Shown in pieces: positions 37,632-48,032 of a DNA stretch of 64,000 nucleotides (its first letter is position 1; each line of letters opens with the position of its first letter). A program made the translations under genes and the position numbers. This DNA is from Chloroflexota bacterium. Its GTDB lineage: Bacteria > Chloroflexota > Dehalococcoidia > SHYB01. Below the pieces are notes generated by a model that saw only the letters and a program-made list of their open reading frames with translations, made no database searches and was not told the origin of the DNA. Location of the stretch: contig VGPF01000002.1 in NCBI GenBank assembly GCA_016875535.1, positions 73,856 to 137,855 on the forward strand, in the 5' to 3' direction.

Positions 37632-40127
37632 CTACTTCGCCGGCGCAGCCAACTCGGCTCCGGCGACGGCCGGCGCCTCTCCCTGCTCCTTGCGGAGGAT
37701 GATCTTCTCTTCATCGGCATCCACTACAACAGTGTCGCCCGCATCGAACTCACCCTTGAGCACCGCATCCGATAGGGCATCTTCCACCATGTTCTGGATG
37801 GTGCGGCGGAGCGGGCGGGCGCCGTAGGCCGGATCAAAGCCTTTCTTGGCCAGGAGCTCCTTAGCCGCTTGGGTGGCTTTCATGCCCATGCCCTTCTCCA
37901 GCATGGTCTTGCCGACGACGTTGAGCATCAGGCCGACGATCTGCTGGATGTGCTCCTGGCTCAGGGCGTGGAAGGTGACCTGAGAGTCTATTCTGTTCAA
38001 GAACTCGGGCTTGAAGCGGCGCTTCACCTCACCCAGGACCTTCTCTTTCATCTGTTCGTAGGCGCGCTTGGATTCGATCGCCTCGGTGCCCGTCTGCACA
38101 AAGCCCATGGAAGTGCTCTTGCGGATCAGATCGGCGCCGATGTTGCTGGTCATCACGACGATGGCGTTGCGGAAGTCCACCCTGCGACCTTTGGCGTCGG
38201 TCAGGTGTCCATCGTCAAAGATTTGCAGGAGGATGTTGAAGACCTCATCGTGGGCCTTCTCGATCTCGTCCATGAGGATCACGCAGTAGGATTTGCGGCG
38301 CACGGCTTCGGTGAGCTGGCCGCCCTCGTCATAGCCCACATAGCCGGGAGGCGCGCCGACGAGCCGGGCTACGGTGTGGCGCTCCATGAACTCCGACATA
38401 TCGAGGCGGATCATGTTTTCTTCGCTGCCGAACATGAACTCAGAGAGAACGCGCACAAGCTCAGTCTTGCCCACGCCGGTAGGGCCAAGGAAGAGGAAGG
38501 CGCCGATGGGCCGTCGCGGGTCCTTGAGGCCTGCACGGGCGCGGCGGATAGCCTTCGAGATAACGGTGATCGCCTCATCCTGGCCGATGATGCGCTTGTG
38601 GAGATACTCCTCCATCTGGAGGAGGCGCGCCGTCTCTTGCGTGGCCAGACGCGTCACGGGGATACCTGTCCACATGGCTACGACCTGGCTGATGTGCTCG
38701 GCGGTGACCTCCGGGCGCTCCTTGGACTGCTCGCTCTGCCACTCCTTTTCAAGTTGCTCCAGGCGCTCGTTCAGCTTGAGTTCGCGGTCGCGAAGCTCGG
38801 CGGCATACTCGTACTGCTGGCCGCCGATGGCCTCTTCCTTCTCCTTGCGCACCTTTTCCAGCACCTGCATCGCCTCTTTCACGGAGAGCGGCGTGGTGGC
38901 GCTGCTGATGCGCACACGAGAGGAGGCTTCGTCCATCAGGTCAATGGCCTTATCGGGCAGGAAGCGGTCGGAGATATAGCGGGAGGCGAGTTGCGCGGCG
39001 GCGCGCAGAGCCTCGTCCGTGATGGTGAGCTTGTGGTGCTCCTCATAGCGGGCCTTGATGCCGCGGAGGATCTCCACCGTATCGTCAACGCTGGGCTCGT
39101 CCACCGTCACAGGCTGAAAGCGGCGCTCGAGGCCGGCATCGCGCTCCACGTACTTACGGTACTCGTCCAAGGTCGTGGCGCCGATGCACTGGAGTTCGCC
39201 GCGAGAGAGGGAGGGCTTCAGGATGTTTGCGGCATCTACAGCGCCTTCAGCCGCGCCTGCGCCGACCATGGTGTGCATCTCATCAATGAACAGCACACAG
39301 TTGCCTGAGGCCTTGATCTCTTCGATGACTTTCTTCAGTCGCTCCTCGAACTCGCCGCGGTACTTGGTGCCAGCAACGAGCGCGCCCATATCGAGCGTGA
39401 CGAGGCGCTTATTGAGGAGCGTCTCCGGCACTTCGCCACCGACGATGCGATGGGCGAGAGCCTCGACGATAGCCGTTTTGCCTACTCCAGGCTCACCGAT
39501 GAGCACCGGGTTGTTTTTGGTGCGGCGGCTCAAAATCTGAACTACACGTTCGATCTCCTTGTGGCGGCCGATAACCGGATCGAGCTTGCCTGCGCGGGCG
39601 GCAGCGGTCAGGTCAATGCCGAGCTGATCCAGGACCGGTGTGCGCGTTTGGGGGCGCGCCCCCTGGCCTTGCTGCTGGGACATCGTCTGGCTGAGGATGC
39701 GGCTGGTCTCGTTGCGCACCTTCTCCAAAGTGACGCCGAGGCTCTCGAGGACACCTGCGGCAACGCCCTCACCTTCGCGCATAAGGCCGATGAGCAGATG
39801 CTCCGTGCCGATGTAGCTGTGATTGAGGCGGCGCGCCTCGTCAACAGCAAGTTCGATGACCTTCTTGGCGCGGGGCGTCAGGCCGATCTCGCCGGGCACA
39901 GCCTTTTCGCCGCGGCCGATGATGAATTCAACTGCGGAGCGAACCTTGCTCAACTCCACGCCAAGGTTGGAGAGGACACGGGCGGCAACGCCTTCGGTCT
40001 CGCGGGCAAGACCCAGGAGGATGTGCTCCGTCCCGATATAGTTGTGGTTAAAGCGCTGGGCCTCTTCCTGAGCCAGGGAGAGCACCCTTCGTGCCCGCTC
40101 CGAGAATTTTTCGAATCTACTTGCCAT
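37632..40127 (-). CDS. clpC: ATP-dependent Clp protease ATP-binding subunit ClpC
   Basis: Double Clp-N repeats (…[16 protein letters not shown]… twice), two AAA modules ([18 protein letters not shown]), UVR-like linker; start at MASRFEKF with GAGGAG SD. Confidence 0.92.
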   Translation of the reverse strand: MASRFEKFSERARRVLSLAQEEAQRFNHNYIGTEHILLGLARETEGVAARVLSNLGVELSKVRSAVEFIIGRGEKAVPGEIGLTPRAKKVIELAVDEARRLNHSYIGTEHLLIGLMREGEGVAAGVLESLGVTLEKVRNETSRILSQTMSQQQGQGARPQTRTPVLDQLGIDLTAAARAGKLDPVIGRHKEIERVVQILSRRTKNNPVLIGEPGVGKTAIVEALAHRIVGGEVPETLLNKRLVTLDMGALVAGTKYRGEFEERLKKVIEEIKASGNCVLFIDEMHTMVGAGAAEGAVDAANILKPSLSRGELQCIGATTLDEYRKYVERDAGLERRFQPVTVDEPSVDDTVEILRGIKARYEEHHKLTITDEALRAAAQLASRYISDRFLPDKAIDLMDEASSRVRISSATTPLSVKEAMQVLEKVRKEKEEAIGGQQYEYAAELRDRELKLNERLEQLEKEWQSEQSKERPEVTAEHISQVVAMWTGIPVTRLATQETARLLQMEEYLHKRIIGQDEAITVISKAIRRARAGLKDPRRPIGAFLFLGPTGVGKTELVRVLSEFMFGSEENMIRLDMSEFMERHTVARLVGAPPGYVGYDEGGQLTEAVRRKSYCVILMDEIEKAHDEVFNILLQIFDDGHLTDAKGRRVDFRNAIVVMTSNIGADLIRKSTSMGFVQTGTEAIESKRAYEQMKEKVLGEVKRRFKPEFLNRIDSQVTFHALSQEHIQQIVGLMLNVVGKTMLEKGMGMKATQAAKELLAKKGFDPAYGARPLRRTIQNMVEDALSDAVLKGEFDAGDTVVVDADEEKIILRKEQGEAPAVAGAELAAPAK

Positions 40128-40247
40128 TGTTTTGGCTCCTCGTCGAAGTATTCCGGGCCAATCCTCGCATCTCCGCACATCCCATTTGCTTCGCCCGCAT
40201 TCGCGGCAAGGTCTCGACCCCCAGCCGCAAGCTATATGCTCTTAAGT

Positions 40248-41492
40248 TTATGCCTGGGGCTGCCCCTCACTTGAGGCAACAGCCTCGGCGATCTGTGCGG
40301 CCATCGCAGTGCTGAGCGCAGGCCGCTCGACCCTTCTGTCGTCTTCGCCGCTCTTGTACTTGGCGAACAACTCCTCCGCTTCGGTCGTCTTCACTTGCTT
40401 GATACTTAATCCGATGCGGCGGCGCTCAGGTTCGATTCGCACAACCTTCACGGCAACCTTATCGCCCTCTCTAACGACATCTTTAGGGTGTTGAACCATT
40501 TTATCTGAAAGCTCAGAGATATGGATAAGGCCCTCGACGGACCCGTCCAACTGGGCGAAGGCGCCGAACGTCGCGAGTTTGCTGATGGTAGCAGGGATTA
40601 TCTGACCGATGGTATACGTGCTGGCCACCGCGGCCCACGGCTCCGCCTGGGTGCGCTTCAGGCTCAAGGCGATGCGCTTGGCCTTCCTGTCCACCTTGAT
40701 GACATAGACATCCACTTCATCGCCAACCTTAACTACCTCTTCAGGAGAACGGACGGACTTCCAGGAGAGCTCCGAGATGTGGATGAGGCCGTCTGCCCCG
40801 CCAAGGTCAACGAAGGCGCCGAAGCTGGTGACGCCGCTGATCCGACCTTTGCGGATATCCCCCTCTTTCAGCTCGTCCATGAGGCGGGTCTTTTTCGCCT
40901 GTCGGACTTCCTGGCTGGCGGCCCGCTCAGAGAGGATCGCCCGATTACGCTTCTTGTTGACCTCGATGAACTTAAGGTGCAGCTTCTTTCCCACAAGGCC
41001 GGAGAGGTCCGGGACCTCCGTGCTCCCGGCAGGCATGCGTGGAACGGAGGATATTTGTGAGAGAGGGATGAAGCCCTGCACGCCCTCCACCATCACGACG
41101 GCACCGCCTCTATTGTGGCCGATGACCTGTCCCTCGATGGCCCCGCCGGATTCGGCGTATTCCTGCAGTTTGCGCCAGCCTACTTCCCCAGCCGCGCGGT
41201 CCAGGGAGAGGATGGCATGCCCCTCTTCAGATTCAGGGCGGATGACGGTTACGACGATCTTGCCGCCGGGCTTGAACTGGTCCCAGGAATCCATCGGCAC
41301 ACTGCGCATCTCACGCGCGGGGACGACCCCTTCCGTCTTCTGGCCGACGTTCACAAGGAGGCCGTCCTTGTCCACCTTCATAATGACGCCGTCTACAACC
41401 TGGCCGCGTTCAAGTGACGTGAAGGTTCGATCAGCTTCATCAAGCAGCCGATCCATCTGGGCGCCGTCATCAGACGGGGGTTTAGTGACCAT
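40248..41492 (-). CDS. rpsA: 30S ribosomal protein S1 (four S1 domains)
   Basis: Four repeated S1 OB-fold domains (…GQVVDGVIMKV…, …IEGQVIGHNRGG…, …IRKGRISGVTSFGAFVDLG…, …GQIIPATISKLATFGAFAQL…). Confidence 0.9.
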   Translation of the reverse strand: MVTKPPSDDGAQMDRLLDEADRTFTSLERGQVVDGVIMKVDKDGLLVNVGQKTEGVVPAREMRSVPMDSWDQFKPGGKIVVTVIRPESEEGHAILSLDRAAGEVGWRKLQEYAESGGAIEGQVIGHNRGGAVVMVEGVQGFIPLSQISSVPRMPAGSTEVPDLSGLVGKKLHLKFIEVNKKRNRAILSERAASQEVRQAKKTRLMDELKEGDIRKGRISGVTSFGAFVDLGGADGLIHISELSWKSVRSPEEVVKVGDEVDVYVIKVDRKAKRIALSLKRTQAEPWAAVASTYTIGQIIPATISKLATFGAFAQLDGSVEGLIHISELSDKMVQHPKDVVREGDKVAVKVVRIEPERRRIGLSIKQVKTTEAEELFAKYKSGEDDRRVERPALSTAMAAQIAEAVASSEGQPQA

Positions 41493-41523
41493 CGCAGTCA
41501 GCCTTCTTCACCAGATTACAAGC

Positions 41524-41552
41524 ATTATAGTTTAGACCCCACCCGGTGTAAA
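41524..41552 (-). promoter_or_regulatory. sigma70 promoter for rpsA (TTTACA-17-TATAAT)
   Basis: minus-strand TTTACA (41547-41552), TATAAT (41524-41529); GAAGG SD before ATG. Confidence 0.5.
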
Positions 41553-41660
41553 GGTGGCGAAAAGAGGAAATGCCTGTACTCAACCATACGCTCCGGGCCC
41601 GCTCGCGGATGGGCTGCGCTTCCTGTAGACAAGCGAAGGCCGTCTGTTTAGGAAGCTGCT

Positions 41661-41693
41661 GGAAAATCGAAAGGCTCAGCTTGCGCTGAGCCT
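41661..41693 (-). terminator. intrinsic terminator immediately after 5S rRNA
   Basis: AGGCTCAGC-gcaa-GCTGAGCCT followed by TTTCGATTTTCC on minus strand; a second imperfect hairpin follows. Confidence 0.55.
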
Positions 41694-41699
41694 TCTAAA

Positions 41700-41822
41700 G
41701 TGCCCTGGCAGTGGCATATTTTCCGCGGAGACTTCCGTCCCTAGTATCGTCTGCGCTGGTGCGTTTCACTTCCGTGTTCGGGATGGGAACGGGTGGGTCC
41801 ACACCGCTCTGACCACCAAAGC
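41700..41822 (-). rRNA. rrf: 5S ribosomal RNA (solo, not adjacent to 23S)
   Basis: Minus strand GCTTTGGTGGTCAGAGCGGTGTGGACCCACCCGTTCCCATCCCGAACACGGAAGTGAAACGCACCAGCGC…CTGCCAGGGCAC; matches 5S helix I-V pattern and the conserved CCGAAC…GAAGTGAAACG block. Confidence 0.9.
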
Positions 41823-41828
41823 CTATGT

Positions 41829-41857
41829 AGTATACCCCATCCCGTGCCCTCGCTCAA
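41829..41857 (-). promoter_or_regulatory. candidate promoter for 5S rRNA (TTGAGC-17-TATACT, TSS at 5S 5' end)
   Basis: minus-strand TTGAGC (41852-41857), TATACT (41829-41834), 6 nt before the 5S 5' G. Confidence 0.4.
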
Positions 41858-41947
41858 CCAGCTCCACCATATCTGATGATTCCTTGACACCCCAAGATTG
41901 GATACCTGAGAATACACAAGCCTACTACTTCCGAAAGAGGCCTCCCC

Positions 41948-43135
41948 ATGGACAAACCAGTCATCATTGACGGTGCGCGCACGGCGATCGGCCGCTTCGG
42001 CGGCGGCTTCAAAGACTTCTCCGCAGCCGATCTCGGCGGCGTGGTCATCAAAGAAGCGTTGAAGCGCTCCCACGTAGACCCCGCGCAGGTGGACGAGGTG
42101 ACGGTCGGCAACGTCCTCCAGATGAACAACGATAGCTATACGGCCCGTCTCGCCTCCCTCAGCGCGGGCGTTCCCAAAGAAGTGCCGGCCATGACCATCA
42201 ACCGCTGGTGCTCCTCCGGGCTGGAGGCCATCAACTTCGGCGCGCAGCTCATCATGACGGGAGAGGCGGAGACCGTCGTAGGCGCGGGCACGGAGAACAT
42301 GAGCCAGACGCCGTACCTTGTGCCATATGTGGCTCGGTGGGACGGCCTCCGCCTCGGCGATGCCACTCTCAAGGACGGCCTTGTGGGGGCCCTCAACTGC
42401 CCGGTGAACCACTACCACATGGGCGTGACTGCGGAGAACGTCGCCTCTCGCTATGAGGTGAGCCGGGACGAGCAAGACAAGTTGGCCCTTCTCAGCCAGC
42501 AGCGCGCCGGTCGTGCCCAAAAAGATGGCAGGTTCAAGAAGCAGATCGTCCCTGTCTCCATCCCCCAGCGCAAGGGCGACCCGAAGATCGTGGAGACGGA
42601 CGAGCATGTCCGCGCCGATACGACGATGGAGGGCCTGGCCAAGCTCCAGCCCGCCTTCAAGAAGGGCGGCACAGTAACCGCCGGCAACGCTTCCGGCCTG
42701 AACGATGGCGCGGCGGCCGTGGTGATGATGTCCGCCGCAAAGGCAAAGAGCCTGGGCCTCAAACCGCGCCTGCGCTGGTACGCTCGCGCCGTAGCAGGGG
42801 TCGACCCCAGCGAGATGGGGACAGGTCCGGTGCCTGCGGTCCGCAAACTGCTTAAGAAGACCGGCATGTCTATCAAGGACATTGACGTCATTGAGCTGAA
42901 TGAGGCTTTTGCCGCCCAGGCCGGTTACTGCATCCGGGAGCTTGGCCTGGACATGGAGAAGACAAACATCAACGGCAGCGGCATCTCCTTGGGGCATCCC
43001 GTAGGGGCCACCGGCGCCATCATGACGGTGAAGGCGATGGAGGAGCTGGAGCGCACAGGCGGCGAGTTCGCCCTGGTGACGATGTGCGTGGGCGGCGGCC
43101 AAGGCGTTGCCACGCTGTTCCAACGCTTGAACTAG
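41948..43135 (+). CDS. acetyl-CoA C-acetyltransferase (thiolase II)
   Basis: …[14 protein letters not shown]… active-site Cys, …[13 protein letters not shown]…, C-terminal …CVGGGQG…. Confidence 0.92.
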   Translation: MDKPVIIDGARTAIGRFGGGFKDFSAADLGGVVIKEALKRSHVDPAQVDEVTVGNVLQMNNDSYTARLASLSAGVPKEVPAMTINRWCSSGLEAINFGAQLIMTGEAETVVGAGTENMSQTPYLVPYVARWDGLRLGDATLKDGLVGALNCPVNHYHMGVTAENVASRYEVSRDEQDKLALLSQQRAGRAQKDGRFKKQIVPVSIPQRKGDPKIVETDEHVRADTTMEGLAKLQPAFKKGGTVTAGNASGLNDGAAAVVMMSAAKAKSLGLKPRLRWYARAVAGVDPSEMGTGPVPAVRKLLKKTGMSIKDIDVIELNEAFAAQAGYCIRELGLDMEKTNINGSGISLGHPVGATGAIMTVKAMEELERTGGEFALVTMCVGGGQGVATLFQRLN

Positions 43136-43170
43136 CGCTGGGCATCTCCGACAATAGACTGGTTGCGCAT

Positions 43171-43245
43171 GGGGCTGTAGCTCAGCGGTAGAGCATCCGG
43201 TTTGCATCCGGGGGGTCAGGGGTTCAAATCCCCTCAGCTCCACCA
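43171..43245 (+). tRNA. tRNA-Ala (anticodon TGC), CCA encoded
   Basis: Cloverleaf: acceptor GGGGCTG/CAGCTCC with G3:U70 Ala identity pair, D-arm GCTC-AGCGGTA-GAGC, anticodon loop TTTGCAT, T-arm AGGGG-TTCAAAT-CCCCT. Confidence 0.92.
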
Positions 43246-43257
43246 TGCCTTGCCACG

Positions 43258-43911
43258 CTACGGATCCAACTCTCCGTGAGGGTTCCGCCCATGCAGCGCG
43301 CTCAAATAGTGAGGAAGCACACGGGCCTTGTAGACACCCTCTAACTTGTCCATGAGTGCATAGGGGGCCGATTCATAGCAGACTACGGCCTTAGTCTCTT
43401 TCTTCACAATCTCTATGACGGTGCCTAGGCTATCGGCAAGGCCGCCTGTGCCTTCCAACACACCGATGACTTTGCCCTCTTCATAGGCGATAGCAAACTC
43501 TCCAAGAGTGCCCGAACGTCCGCCTGCGAAAACCACCACGTCGCAGCTTCTGATGTTCTCGATTTCGCGTCCCATCAGCCCGCTGCCAGTGTAGATAATC
43601 GTGTCATAGCCAAAGGTTGGTGAGCGGTATTTGGTCACGTGCTCTTCAAGGTTATGGCCGGGTGAAATGCCGACAACAAAGCCGCCGATCTCTTTAGCCC
43701 CGGCAACGGCCTCGTGAGGCAGTCCAGGACAGGCTCCCGTGATGAGCACATGCCCGCGCTGAGCGATGGCTCTGCCTAGGTCGCGCAGCACACGGCGTAT
43801 TCCGTCCGAAATGCTCCCTCCCGCCGACCCCATAACTCCAACAGTCATCCGTGGCAGGAGCACGGGCTGAGGCACGACTGCCGCGTCACGCTGCATGCGC
43901 ATATGGGTCAT
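43258..43911 (-). CDS. TIGR00725/LOG-family Rossmann-fold nucleotide-binding protein
   Basis: …VGVMGSAGG…GHVLITGACPGLPHEAVAGAKEIGGFVVGISPG…; start at MTHMRMQ with GGGAGA SD. Confidence 0.75.
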   Translation of the reverse strand: MTHMRMQRDAAVVPQPVLLPRMTVGVMGSAGGSISDGIRRVLRDLGRAIAQRGHVLITGACPGLPHEAVAGAKEIGGFVVGISPGHNLEEHVTKYRSPTFGYDTIIYTGSGLMGREIENIRSCDVVVFAGGRSGTLGEFAIAYEEGKVIGVLEGTGGLADSLGTVIEIVKKETKAVVCYESAPYALMDKLEGVYKARVLPHYLSALHGRNPHGELDP

Positions 43912-44216
43912 TTGGTCTCCCTCTAGCAGAACACGGCCTCTGCACATCTCTCACGAAAGGGGACACTTTCCTTCTTCAAGCTTCCCTGAAAAGGTCTCGC
44001 TTGCCCACGGTGCCGGCACCTAATGTGGAGTGAGGGCGTGCATGGTCTCTCCGCTATCTTCCACTCCGGCCGTGGCCCTAAGAACATTCACACCGCCTTC
44101 ACATTCCACCATCCTTTCTTCACTTCTATCTCACGTCTCTTCATGAAACTTAAAAGGTCGCTCACGTTCAGCCGTCGGCGGATAGAGGCTTAGCGGCGAC
44201 AGAAGGGACAGCTCTC

Positions 44217-46781
44217 ATGCAGATACTAAAGCTGCGTGTACTTGCAGTAGTCACGGTGCTCGCTCTAGCCCTAAGCTTGATTACCTCAACCATCGTTCTC
44301 AGCGCCCCCAGTGCACAAGCTCAACAGCCTCCGCCTCAGGTCCCCAATCCTCAGATACCGACACCCCCGATCCCGGCGCCTCCAACACCTTCGGTCCCAA
44401 CTCCGCCGCCCCACGGCGGGCCTCCCGATATCAACATCGAGATCCCTAAGGGTACCGGGATTGATATCCCAGCCTTCGCCAAGGAAGCACTCTCCGACCA
44501 AGAGTTTATTGACGTCTTCTGCGCAACGGCGCGCTGGCAGACGCAAATCTTCTTCGATGTGATGGACGTGATGAGCGCCGCCATGCCCAAGGTGCACGCT
44601 GCAGCGAAGAGGTCGGGCGTTGACCTCACGATCCCCGATATCGGTAAAGCGAAGAGCGAAGGTGAAGCAAAGCTCAGTGCGCTCTGCGCCGTGAAAACTG
44701 TCGCGCAAGCCCAAGACAGCCTCACGGACTTGCTGACGTTCGCGAACGATCAGCGCACCCTATTCATGGGCATGGGCCAGTTGATTGAGCAGCAGATGAC
44801 GGCCGCAGGGACACGGCTGCAGGCCTCGATCGAAGGGCAGCTCACCCAGTTCGTCAACGCGGAAGCATCACGCCTCCAGGCAGAGATCGAAGGTGCGGTT
44901 TCGGGCTTCGTCGCCTCCGCTCTCGCCGCCGCCGGCCCAAGGCCGAACCCGGCCGCGATCACCGCTGCCGTCACGGCACAGGTGAACGCCTTAGTGGCGC
45001 AGAAAGAGACAGAACTGACCCAGCGCATCCAAGCGCGTGTGGATAGCATCGTGGCCGCGGAGACGGGGTCTCTGCGCGAGATCGAAGAAGTGCTGACGGA
45101 AATGGGCAAGCAGATTGACCCGTTGATCCTCAACGGTTCGGCGAAGGCCCAGGCCTACAAGAAGCAGGCGCTGGATAAACGGAAAGCCCTTGTCAGCAAG
45201 ATGATTGATGCGAACATCGCGAAGGCCAGGGCCCAGATGGAGCCCTATCGGAAGGACCTTGATGCCGCAAAGGCGAAGGATCCCACTGTTAAAAGCATTG
45301 ACGATATCACCGCCCAGCTGAACAGTGAACGCCGGACGCTTGAGCGCACTATTGACGAACTCTTCGCGCCAAACATCATCAGCGCCGAAGCTGAGGCACG
45401 ATTCCGCGCAGCTGTGGAAGAGTTCGCCCAGCGATGGGAGAACCTCTCCAAGGAAGCCGGCAAGACCAAGATAAGCTGGGCGACCCTTATCCAGATTGTG
45501 CGGCCTCAGCTTGCAGCGGCTAAGGCCCAATTGCAGCAAGCCCTCCAGGAAATCAACCAGGTCCAAGCCCAGGCGACAGGCAAGACAGACTCCCAAAGCC
45601 TGGCCGTCAATGCGCTTGCCTCCGACCTCAATGCCCTCAAGGGCCGAATCAACGCGCTGGTCACTCGCGTTGATTCAGCTATCTCCACGCTGGATGGGCC
45701 CGCGCCCGCCGAACTGCCCCAGTCCTTCCTTGACCAGCTCACCGCACTACAGAAGGACGGCGAAGCTCTCTTAGCTGATGTGAAAGGCGTGGACTACAAG
45801 GCCACAAAGCGGCTCTCTCTGCTCATCCAAGCAGAAGACCAGTTCGCTGCATCAGTCGCACGGCCGGGCACCTCTTGGGACTCCACCGAGGAAGTGCGTC
45901 CATCCTGGAGGAAGGATTGGATAGGGACTGGGGATTGGTACCTCTCGCGCGGAGGGGACAAGCTCTCCTATCGCTTCGATGTCCCGAACGATGGCGTCTT
46001 TTACATCTGGGTGAGGGACATGCGCGACGATAAACACCCCTACGGTGCACGCAGCATCAATATCGCCATAGACGGCAAGCTCCTAGGTGAATTCAACGAA
46101 GTACAGCAAGCCAATGATCGCTTCCTCTGGCACCGTTTGACTGCCCAGGGCGATGCGACCAGACCCTTTACCGTCGCCATTTCCGCGGGCTCACATGTCA
46201 TGGAAGTCTCCAAGGCGCGGACGACCTCAGCCGCCGCTGTTCTGGACGCCTATTACTTCACCACAGATGCACAAGAGACACCCCCGACGGTGTTGCCCAC
46301 CCAGCCGAAGCCTCCGAAAGTAGAGAGTATCCTGCGGCAAGCTGAAGATGAAACGTCCGCCTCCGTAGCCAAGCCGGGCACGTCATGGGACTCACGCGAG
46401 GAGATCCGCCCATCTTGGAGGCCGGGCTACACCGGCGAAGGCGTGTGGTACATCTCCCGCCGGGGCGATAAGCTGACCTACCAATTCACGGTCCAATCTG
46501 ACGCTGAGTTCTACCTCTGGGTCCGCGATCTGGACGATGGCAAACACGCACCGGGCGCCCGGAACGTCATCTTGGACATTGATAACGGAGCGTATCGCTT
46601 CAATGCGGGAGACGCGGTCACAAAGGACAACCAGTTCCACTGGAGACGGGTCGGCCAGAGCATCCGCATCCGCCTCAAGCCCGGCACCCATACGCTGGTC
46701 ATCGAAAAGCCGGCGACTACATCCGCGGCCTTTGTGATTGACGCCTTCCTCCTCACTACTGACCCCCAGGCGGTTCCCTAA
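44217..46781 (+). CDS. large secreted protein: signal peptide, Pro-rich linker, long Ala/Gln-rich coiled-coil-like region, two tandem ~150-aa C-terminal beta-domains
   Basis: N-terminal MQILKLRVLAVVTVLALALSLITSTIVLSAPSAQA; C-terminal repeats SVARPGTSWDSTEEVRPSWR…FYIWVRDMRDDKHPYGAR… and SVAKPGTSWDSREEIRPSWR…FYLWVRDLDDGKHAPGAR…. Confidence 0.75.
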   Translation: MQILKLRVLAVVTVLALALSLITSTIVLSAPSAQAQQPPPQVPNPQIPTPPIPAPPTPSVPTPPPHGGPPDINIEIPKGTGIDIPAFAKEALSDQEFIDVFCATARWQTQIFFDVMDVMSAAMPKVHAAAKRSGVDLTIPDIGKAKSEGEAKLSALCAVKTVAQAQDSLTDLLTFANDQRTLFMGMGQLIEQQMTAAGTRLQASIEGQLTQFVNAEASRLQAEIEGAVSGFVASALAAAGPRPNPAAITAAVTAQVNALVAQKETELTQRIQARVDSIVAAETGSLREIEEVLTEMGKQIDPLILNGSAKAQAYKKQALDKRKALVSKMIDANIAKARAQMEPYRKDLDAAKAKDPTVKSIDDITAQLNSERRTLERTIDELFAPNIISAEAEARFRAAVEEFAQRWENLSKEAGKTKISWATLIQIVRPQLAAAKAQLQQALQEINQVQAQATGKTDSQSLAVNALASDLNALKGRINALVTRVDSAISTLDGPAPAELPQSFLDQLTALQKDGEALLADVKGVDYKATKRLSLLIQAEDQFAASVARPGTSWDSTEEVRPSWRKDWIGTGDWYLSRGGDKLSYRFDVPNDGVFYIWVRDMRDDKHPYGARSINIAIDGKLLGEFNEVQQANDRFLWHRLTAQGDATRPFTVAISAGSHVMEVSKARTTSAAAVLDAYYFTTDAQETPPTVLPTQPKPPKVESILRQAEDETSASVAKPGTSWDSREEIRPSWRPGYTGEGVWYISRRGDKLTYQFTVQSDAEFYLWVRDLDDGKHAPGARNVILDIDNGAYRFNAGDAVTKDNQFHWRRVGQSIRIRLKPGTHTLVIEKPATTSAAFVIDAFLLTTDPQAVP

Positions 46782-46791
46782 GGGGACAGCC

Positions 46792-47709
46792 ATGAACACC
46801 CACAGCAACTCACGGATCGCCATACTAAAGTTCGCCGTCCTCGGCCTTCTGTTGGTCGCTCTCCTCGCGCCCACAGTCGCCCATGCCCAAGCGAAAAAGC
46901 CGCCGACACTTAAGATTGACAAGCCCGCCAACGGCGCCACGGTGCGCGACACGGTCACTGACCTGAAGTTCAAAGTCTCCAATTTCAAGCTCAGCACAAA
47001 GGGCATCGGCGGTGCACCGAAGAGCGGCGAAGGCTACTTGCGCATCGAAGTGAACGGCGCGCTGCTCGCGGCGACAGCCGGCACAAGCATGAAAATCACA
47101 GGCTACACTGTTGGAGCAAATACCATCGTGGCCGAGTTGATGGACTATGACCGCACGCCCCTTGAGCCATCCGTTCGCATCGAATCGTCCTTCACCTACC
47201 AGGCGACGGGGAGGACCGTGAAGCCCGATAGCAAGACCCTCCACGTTCAGAGCGCCCTTACCGCGATTCCGACGACGGCCCCGACGGCACGGCCGACGCT
47301 TCCTGCCGCACCACCCCCGCCTTCCACAACATCCACCCCAACGTCGCCTCCTGCCCTCACCCCATCTCGCCCATCCTCACCAACGGCCGCGACGCCGCCA
47401 ACGGCGACACCCAGCGCAACCGTTGCGCCCACGCCGACAGGCCCGACATTGACGAGCGCCCTTGGCAACCTCTCCACTTTTAGTTTCGGCAACCTTCAGC
47501 CAACCCCGGGATTCGATAGCGTCTCCGGCTTGAATGTTGGTGACGTCTCCTTGCCCACCGGCTACCTCTCACCTACCGGTTCGAACCTGAACTTCAACTA
47601 TCAAAGCTTCTACGCGCTGCAAACGCCGACCATCCCCCAAATCACCATCCCTCCGGGCATCCCCACTGGCCCGGGAGGCGGCTTCCCAATGCCTCCGCCT
47701 GGGTTCTAG
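46792..47709 (+). CDS. secreted protein with Pro/Thr-rich low-complexity C-terminal region
   Basis: Signal peptide MNTHSNSRIAILKFAVLGLLLVALLAPTVAHAQA; AAGGGGA SD; immediately downstream of 44217..46781. Confidence 0.7.
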   Translation: MNTHSNSRIAILKFAVLGLLLVALLAPTVAHAQAKKPPTLKIDKPANGATVRDTVTDLKFKVSNFKLSTKGIGGAPKSGEGYLRIEVNGALLAATAGTSMKITGYTVGANTIVAELMDYDRTPLEPSVRIESSFTYQATGRTVKPDSKTLHVQSALTAIPTTAPTARPTLPAAPPPPSTTSTPTSPPALTPSRPSSPTAATPPTATPSATVAPTPTGPTLTSALGNLSTFSFGNLQPTPGFDSVSGLNVGDVSLPTGYLSPTGSNLNFNYQSFYALQTPTIPQITIPPGIPTGPGGGFPMPPPGF

Positions 47710-47822
47710 GGCTACGTTAAAACCGTGGCTGCACCACAAGCCCGGAATCTCCCGGGCCTGTCGCTCTTCCATGGGTTGCCTTCCTCGATTGACGGCAATA
47801 GACTAAGAGGTACCCTCTCCGG

Positions 47823-48032
47823 ATGTGCCATCTCATGAGCCTCACCGCCGCGGAACGAACCGAACTAACCACCCTCTTCAGCAACCTTGTCGCTCGCATC
47901 CATGACCTCCCGCTTTCCAACATCCAGTCGCTGTGGGACATTGACGAGCGTATGAAGAGCGACCGCCTAACCGCTGACGACTTGAAGCGCCTCCGCGAGT
48001 TGACCGCGCACATTGCCTCAAAGCCCAGATGA
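47823..48032 (+). CDS. small hypothetical protein (65-69 aa)
   Basis: ORF overlapping start of next ORF (ATGA); weak SD. Confidence 0.4.
   Translation: MCHLMSLTAAERTELTTLFSNLVARIHDLPLSNIQSLWDIDERMKSDRLTADDLKRLRELTAHIASKPR

Noticed and set aside
41590-41660. Possible SRP-RNA-like hairpin (GCGCUUCCUGUAGAC…GUCUGUUUAGGAAGCUGC) between 5S terminator and rpsA promoter
   Set aside because: Only a vague resemblance to SRP domain IV (GGAAGCUGC vs GGAAGCAGC); more simply a second terminator hairpin after the 5S.
41741-43246. 501-aa minus-strand ORF in the supplied track
   Set aside because: Its translation begins by reading the tRNA-Ala gene (MVELRGFEPLTPRMQTGCSTAELQ = tRNA sequence) and then runs antisense to the thiolase gene; Arg/Ala/Gly/His-rich shadow ORF, not a gene.
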